Origin: Haliotis cracherodii
Taxonomy: Eukaryota
Length of the DNA: 64,000 bases
Direction: 5' to 3'
Assembly (NCBI RefSeq): GCF_022045235.1
Contig: NW_027266308.1
Coordinates: forward strand, 22,010,001-22,074,000
Shown here: positions 61,601 to 64,000 of the stretch, piece after piece
How positions within the stretch are numbered: the first letter of the stretch is position 1
How the letters are laid out: each line of letters starts with the position of its first letter
Made by a program: the position numbers and the translations under genes
Notes under the pieces: model-generated
The model's database searches: none
Seen by the model: only the letters and a program-made list of their open reading frames with translations
Told to the model about the DNA's origin: nothing

Positions 61601-63482
61601 CTTCAGGGCAAAACCAGATAATGTTTGTTTGAGTCTGAATATTTTTAAAGAAAATCATCGTGCACATTGTACATTTTGTGGTAGACAATTTCCCTTTTTC
61701 AACAGTCTGAAGCAAATGTTTTTTTCAAGAATTCTCTGTGGCAATATCTTTTTTCCGATCAACCCCCTCCACTATGGCCATTGCTACATTAAACGGCGTC
61801 TCTTGATGTTGTTCATTGTAGGCCTGAAACTGAATTCCAGAAACTGTAACGAAGGTCATTAGGATGAATTGACGTAACACTGTTAGTTACCTACCCATTT
61901 TGACGGTGAGTTTGACCCCTATGTCCGTGTCCCACTCTCCACAATGCCTTTGTATGTCCAGGCAACACTGGATGACTCGGTCTAACGCGGCAGGGAGCTC
62001 CGACTCGACATTCACCCGCCATAAAGCAAGGATGGCATCCCCTGTAGCACACAAGGAAACCAGTACAATAGGAAACCCCTATTCAGATGCTAACTGAATA
62101 CGATCAAGCCGCCAAGTAATTTTTCAAAACAAGGTCATCAGTTCAGGTGAGTGATGCCATTCCGTTTTGAATTCAGTTCATCTGAAAATTTAATTTTTGT
62201 ATTGTTTTTTTAATTCTATACCACTTTTTGTATTTGTTTCATCGATAAGCGTATGTTAACCGCAACAAACTGATTTTGTACCGGCGTATTTGAGCACGTC
62301 CCCGTCCGAGGAGAGAATGCCGTCGACGATGGCGCCCATGTAGGCGTTGAGGGTGCTGGTAAGTTCGTCGATGCCGCTCTTCTCCATTGCGCTATACTGC
62401 TCACATAAGGATGTAAATCCTGGGGACAGACATAATGCATGGTTATGACATTGATGAACACGATAGGGTGAAGGTTGAATGTGAAGTGCCATTGTCTCTG
62501 GTCGGACTTGCCAATTTGTTATCATAACACTGCAAAATAAATCCAATAATTTTGCTCTCACAATTTATCATTTTATGAAAAGGAGTGACGTCTACGATGC
62601 TGTCAGAAACATTCACCCATACTACCCAGGAAATAGGCTTGGCAAAACGTAACCATGTAGAGATTCGAACTTTGGTCTCCGGGACTACGTCTTGTTCAAT
62701 TGGCTTTTCAGATGCAAAACAATACAAATATCATAAGTATCTAATTTATTTTATTTATAAGTTCGGTTCATATTTCTCACATTTACCGAGAGTTCTATTT
62801 CCATAATAAACACATCATGGCTTATGCCCCTTGCAATATGACGTCATTGGTGCCAACTAATTTGCGATTTCTTGACGGGTTAGGCAGTGTATCGGATGCC
62901 ATGTTGTCTCACCATAAACTGGTACTTGATATCTTTTGCGTTGTGACAAGACAGGGACCCAGTTAAATTGGCACCAATTACGTCATAATCTAAGGGGGAT
63001 AATTCAGGCCTGTTTAGCTCGGAAAACGAAGGCCTCATAACGGCATGACACTTTCACACTTATTGCGAGCTTCCAATGAGAAAAATGAGGGTATATTTTC
63101 AAACACTGATACTAACTAATTCGAAAATTGCGTTTTGTTTAAAATGAGAAAGAATGTGATGTTCGCGTGTAAACCTCCCCTATTAGGAACAGTCTCCTAA
63201 TTACTTGAAATGGGGGTAGTGGTTATATTTAACACATGCTCGGGGGTCTGTAAGAGAGACTACCCACGCCATAGCTGTTCGAAGTCCGAAGTTCGAACTG
63301 ACCTGATATGTCGGCAAACATCAAGACAGAGTGGTACTCTGTGCTCCATGGCAAGGCTCTGGTATGGTCAGCGAAAGTGACCAGGCCTGGCACGTGCGGC
63401 GTTAGGGCCTGCACTTTTTGGTTCTGCTCCGCGCGCCCGTGTTTCTTCCGGAAGAGCGTAAGGGCTAAATCCGTGAAGTTTG
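19227..63482 (-). CDS. ADCY10: Soluble adenylyl cyclase (ADCY10/sAC-like), 30 exons in window, 5' end not found
   Basis: complement(join(19227..19616,20480..20675,21652..21772,22305..22420,23278..23374,24414..24532,25438..25529,25983..26130,26592..26773,27716..27838,28263..28458,30407..30476,30623..31099,32237..32396,33284..33506,35830..36113,38327..38401,39003..39195,39367..39520,40021..40263,44638..44714,51223..51341,52182..52364,52985..53067,59139..59360,60347..60413,60993..61198,61895..62041,62282..62419,63303..63482)); 5081 nt, all GT-AG, phases compatible, no internal stop. Motifs: VLMFADISGFT, DVLKYAGDA, LSEMRQVSIVFMNL, LFDKGCTFL, GHARRHEYSVIGRKVNMAARLM, Walker A GSAGMGKT, Walker B VIVDD, SQGVP..VEQL, ARIDSM..EQL.VKCAAV. 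Confidence 0.9.
20480..20675 (-). CDS. ADCY10: ADCY10-like exon w29 (WYSRRGQWQTAQGWF)
   Basis: GT-AG; WYxRxxxW motif of the sAC C-terminus. Confidence 0.85.
21652..21772 (-). CDS. ADCY10: ADCY10-like exon w28
   Basis: GT-AG; phase 1/2. Confidence 0.8.
22305..22420 (-). CDS. ADCY10: ADCY10-like exon w27
   Basis: GT-AG; phase 2/1. Confidence 0.8.
23278..23374 (-). CDS. ADCY10: ADCY10-like exon w26
   Basis: GT-AG; phase 1/2. Confidence 0.8.
24414..24532 (-). CDS. ADCY10: ADCY10-like exon w25
   Basis: GT-AG; phase 2/1. Confidence 0.8.
24710..25150 (+). mobile_element. tRNA-derived SINE family D (Meta/MESC-like central domain) spanning an assembly gap; copies at ~37225-37500(-), 37785-38140(+), 44320-44460 (3' part), 53415-58880
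   Basis: Head gcctccgtggtgtagtggtagag..gggttcgatcc; body gtcataccaaaagacgt..gatggtacttgt..ctggcgttc..aaaacaaggact..tgtgtctgagtgggg..cagtgggctagcact. Confidence 0.78.
24957..25090. other. Assembly gap (N run)
   Basis: Run of n. Confidence 0.99.
25438..25529 (-). CDS. ADCY10: ADCY10-like exon w24
   Basis: GT-AG; phase 0/2. Confidence 0.8.
25983..26130 (-). CDS. ADCY10: ADCY10-like exon w23
   Basis: GT-AG; phase 2/0. Confidence 0.8.
26592..26773 (-). CDS. ADCY10: ADCY10-like exon w22 (TPR-like LGQLPEARQYLTEA)
   Basis: GT-AG; phase 0/2. Confidence 0.83.
27360..27505. mobile_element. 146-bp Tc1/mariner (pogo-like) MITE
   Basis: TIR cagtcaaacacc(t/g)ttgtg; TA on both flanks. Confidence 0.8.
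27716..27838 (-). CDS. ADCY10: ADCY10-like exon w21
   Basis: GT-AG; phase 0/0. Confidence 0.8.
28263..28458 (-). CDS. ADCY10: ADCY10-like exon w20
   Basis: GT-AG; MAFHY motif. Confidence 0.82.
28545..30160. repeat. 21-bp minisatellite, ~75 copies with 29-bp variants
   Basis: Unit tcaatgttcaagggttcacca. Confidence 0.97.
30407..30476 (-). CDS. ADCY10: ADCY10-like exon w19
   Basis: tttcag acceptor, gttagt donor; phase 1/2 restores frame between w18 and w20. Confidence 0.7.
30623..31099 (-). CDS. ADCY10: ADCY10-like exon w18 (ARIDSMRATEQLIVKCAAVL...LHLKAA)
   Basis: GT-AG; conserved post-NTPase helical region. Confidence 0.9.
31790..32093. repeat. 27-bp minisatellite, ~11 copies
   Basis: Unit tgtcagcacgattgcccctgtatgttt. 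Confidence 0.96.
32237..32396 (-). CDS. ADCY10: ADCY10-like exon w17 (DSITPE...DIQVPGAMK)
   Basis: GT-AG; phase 0/1 required by the next exon. Confidence 0.82.
32780..33010. repeat. 40-bp minisatellite, ~6 copies
   Basis: Unit gactctaatgacttaaatcaaacatggagtactgcctgca. Confidence 0.9.
33284..33506 (-). CDS. ADCY10: ADCY10-like exon w16 (SQGVPSWVEQLL)
   Basis: GT-AG; STAND GxP motif. Confidence 0.9.
33512..33562. repeat. (GAT)n-(ATC)n inverted microsatellite
   Basis: atgatgatgatgatgatgatgataatcatcatcatcattatcatcat. Confidence 0.9.
33600..34420 (+). mobile_element. Decayed RLE-type non-LTR retrotransposon fragment (R4/Dong-like C-terminus)
   Basis: SFAWM..LKSETEGFLLAAQD, CRLC zinc knuckle, YLKRHDGVA, ILWN..I.ANKPDLV..YIIEFSVP (PD-(D/E)xK), QKAAVL...ILRKVL; frameshifts and stops. 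Confidence 0.85.
34540..34860 (+). mobile_element. 3' fragment of an APE-type LINE (CR1/L2-like)
   Basis: VIEDEEHFLLICPLYENLR, a typical LINE ORF2 C-terminal CCHC remnant. Confidence 0.65.
35830..36113 (-). CDS. ADCY10: ADCY10-like exon w15, Walker B (VIVDDMHF)
   Basis: GT-AG; LACQVLEV..IP motif. Confidence 0.92.
38327..38401 (-). CDS. ADCY10: ADCY10-like exon w14
   Basis: ttgcag acceptor, gtgagt donor; phase 0/0. Confidence 0.78.
39003..39195 (-). CDS. ADCY10: ADCY10-like exon w13
   Basis: GT-AG; phase 2/0. Confidence 0.85.
39367..39520 (-). CDS. ADCY10: ADCY10-like exon w12, P-loop (GSAGMGKT)
   Basis: GT-AG; Walker A. Confidence 0.92.
39700..39978. mobile_element. PIF/Harbinger-like MITE; diverged relative at ~21980-22245
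   Basis: TIR gggg/accgacc(at)ttgatattc, TTA on both flanks. Confidence 0.72.
40021..40263 (-). CDS. ADCY10: ADCY10-like exon w11 (VIGRKVNMAARLM...YPLLG)
   Basis: GT-AG; catalytic NxxxR. Confidence 0.93.
40325..42420. repeat. 47-49-bp minisatellite, ~43 copies, with a 194-bp higher-order period
   Basis: Unit tgtatttacctattcatgttatcaaccctgcctagaagttgtctctaaa; near-identical ORFs recur at 41122/41316/41606/41800. Confidence 0.96.
42771..42922. mobile_element. Diverged Tc1/mariner-type MITE
   Basis: cagtgaacgctcgataatccagac versus revcomp caatgaaaccttattgatccggac. Confidence 0.45.
43690..44300 (-). mobile_element. 3' fragment of an I/Nimb-group LINE
   Basis: ITKLQRGHTKLNSH..IKKH.TGKCPHCNLKETPEHIILYC (RL..GH..LN..L....C..C...ET..H....C); 3' tail ending (taag)n at ~43690-43700. 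Confidence 0.7.
44638..44714 (-). CDS. ADCY10: ADCY10-like exon w10 (RVSIGVTTG..FCGVIGHARRHEYS)
   Basis: GT-AG; phase 2/1. Confidence 0.93.
45037..45163. mobile_element. Long inverted repeat, probable Penelope-like element terminus remnant
   Basis: ctgtaaag..cgtttcggtatagatcctt / aaggatctataccgaaacg..ctttacag followed by aataaa. Confidence 0.6.
46750..48885 (+). CDS. XK-related (XKR) multi-pass membrane protein, 711 aa, intronless, nested antisense in ADCY10 intron 44715-51222
   Basis: Uninterrupted ORF (open from 46627; first ATG at 46750). The C-terminal half has about 8-10 hydrophobic segments and XK-family motifs FLADIGTDVFQVVTFY and KMIEGLLEGGPQSLIQTY (cf. D..TD and E..LE..PQ..LQ.Y). 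The N-terminal ~370 aa are acidic, then Cys/His-rich. Confidence 0.82.
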   Translation: MSSIDNRATGEASPIDDDEWFRTPPTSRYQSSASLASSAKSVYLSALDLLDGASEMDIPEDDDVERGGPSQNGEAGKTEIYYSPLGGSDEDERHDANDDPYHVSETAPLTKAEVVEDAVGKVAAPEVGSNEGVCDCCCLMCNLHHRAKQVIDSKWTYLICALKCSDLNCPNYDKLGQDELFSWLENHKEGDNNIEFVQRCYRRDKPWCNTIQKEQSQLFFFFFLLVRDIYKLSACDNGQNIKHETYPHHDSFLKWMQELEHVLEILLQASFTHVDSSDSDLEKVERPYSVLLAIKETHKKKDYIGISFEDSGLDPAVDEIKILQRKLAGTPTTLQKVFATGAIIMFLADIGTDVFQVVTFYKEGISMWPLMLFFVIAPSLLSSVLCFFQICKEKTTTKKDKNLRRLGMVLVSLQLGQVWRNICEICDRYPIVDSYIVLSLLIIKMIEGLLEGGPQSLIQTYVLLDHPVETLTFTNILKILSPFLSSISMAAALTDLDLGRAGYCMPTKARILSVLCRLGEVWGRFLAYAVCFSAFGYYGFILFGVQCLFLTIPTYIALRRDHTENSSQQVNCVYLRCRYGGFYQEKPTKLFTAKLPRLIVWLCITMVYSFVPIQRFELDMEFNLTQSSRPPFWKCSRLYGLYNVIYALHMLVNIIAFTLWVTIGGGPSQQLFIPICVMFILGTVVSTAFRMQSWMGRTYKIALRPGFGPPV
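50005..50010 (+). terminator. Candidate polyadenylation signal of the XKR gene
   Basis: AATAAA followed ~20-35 nt later by GT/T-rich tcattgttttgtatgttt, 1.1 kb after the XKR stop. Confidence 0.45.
51223..51341 (-). CDS. ADCY10: ADCY10-like exon w9 (GCTFLVIFGLPGFKHE...)
   Basis: GT-AG; phase 0/2. Confidence 0.93.
52182..52364 (-). CDS. ADCY10: ADCY10-like exon w8 (IDDNQPLEFLSEMR...LFDK)
   Basis: GT-AG; start of C2 domain. Confidence 0.93.
52985..53067 (-). CDS. ADCY10: ADCY10-like exon w7 (LRNVVQ...LYVLSPVLKK)
   Basis: GT-AG; phase 1/0. Confidence 0.88.
53518..58758. repeat. 37-bp satellite array, ~140 copies, inside a family D SINE
   Basis: Unit gtgaaaacaaggact(a/g)caaggcttgtgtctgagtggg. 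Confidence 0.98.
59139..59360 (-). CDS. ADCY10: ADCY10-like exon w6, Ser/Arg-rich interdomain linker (ERRFSL...GVLK)
   Basis: cacccag acceptor, gtacgt donor, GC-rich, phase 1/1. Confidence 0.75.
59464..59700. repeat. ~116-bp tandem duplication
   Basis: atttaaaccaaacacgttttt...cacatcaatgcaacggtattacgataaaa...caacactgtgaaaac occurs twice. Confidence 0.88.
60347..60413 (-). CDS. ADCY10: ADCY10-like exon w5 (VLEMKPEP...)
   Basis: GT-AG; phase 0/1 bridges w4 and w6. Confidence 0.75.
60993..61198 (-). CDS. ADCY10: ADCY10-like exon w4 (IAAGDM...GAHIR)
   Basis: GT-AG; VVMSPSAWELC motif. Confidence 0.92.
61895..62041 (-). CDS. ADCY10: ADCY10-like exon w3 (DAILALWR...LTVKMG)
   Basis: GT-AG; second catalytic Asp (GDA). 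Confidence 0.92.
62282..62419 (-). CDS. ADCY10: ADCY10-like exon w2 (GFTSLCEQY...DVLKYAG)
   Basis: GT-AG, phase 1/1. Confidence 0.92.
62822..63003. mobile_element. MITE-like inverted repeat
   Basis: ttatgccccttgcaatatgacgtcattggtgccaa versus revcomp ttatcccccttagattatgacgtaattggtgccaa. Confidence 0.65.
63303..63482 (-). CDS. ADCY10: ADCY10-like exon w1 (…VLMFADISG)
   Basis: ttccccag acceptor, gtcagt donor; first catalytic Asp. Confidence 0.9.
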
Positions 63483-64000
63483 CTGGGGAAAAAATAGACA
63501 TACAATAAATAAATATACTGTCTTACAAAACTATACGTCTAGTTTAATACCTGACTTCTCCATAGTTCAAAACACGTCTGGGTTTTTTCATACAGAACAC
63601 GCGTTTAAATTTAAGATACCCTAGTTAGATATTAAATCTGTTTTCATCTGATATATGATTTTTGTTCGTTGTTTAAGTTCAAAACGATAGCTACATTCAC
63701 ACAATTGATTCACTTATTTTTTGTCGCTAGTACATTACATCCAGTCTAAAGTATTTTTGTTTGTTTAACGCAGCACAATATTCCAGCTATATGACGCGGG
63801 CATGTAAATAATTGAGTCTGGACCAGATAATCCAGGGATCGACACCTAGAGAATCTAATTGTGATACAATTACATATATTCAACTAAGTCAGCGAGCCTG
63901 GCCAGCCGACCCACATAATTCTATTGAGTGAGTGAGGTAAAAGTTAAAGTCGCATTAGCATTATTTCAGTCATGTAGCAACGAGAACAATTTGACATGTA

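Overview
Eukaryotic, AT-rich, intron-rich animal DNA. The SINE repertoire with (CTCA)n/(CAAA)n tails suggests a mollusc, probably a gastropod such as abalone (inference only). The window holds three genes, which I reconstructed by hand from GT/AG splice sites and frame continuity. (1) The last six coding exons of a GALNT7/pgant7-like polypeptide GalNAc-transferase (+, 366-5181). (2) A convergent soluble adenylyl cyclase (ADCY10/sAC-like) gene (-, 63482 down to 19227): 30 exons, about 1,690 codons in one open frame, 5' end not found, with two cyclase domains, a P-loop STAND NTPase and a helical C-terminus. (3) An intronless 711-aa XK-related (XKR, scramblase-family) ORF (+, 46750-48885) nested antisense in a sAC intron that splits the second catalytic domain. 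Non-coding DNA carries at least four SINE families, several MITEs, three LINE fragments, a decayed vertnin/OTU-like element (about 15.1-18.9 kb), a Penelope-like palindrome and several minisatellites, including a 5.2-kb 37-bp array that arose inside a SINE. Most long ORFs in the supplied track are repeat artefacts. The best leads are the sAC/XKR nested pair (the XKR has an N-terminal DLLDG caspase-like site), the sAC active-site and PKA-site peculiarities, the SINE-born satellite and the vertnin-like element. Family assignments come from recalled motifs; no database search was run.
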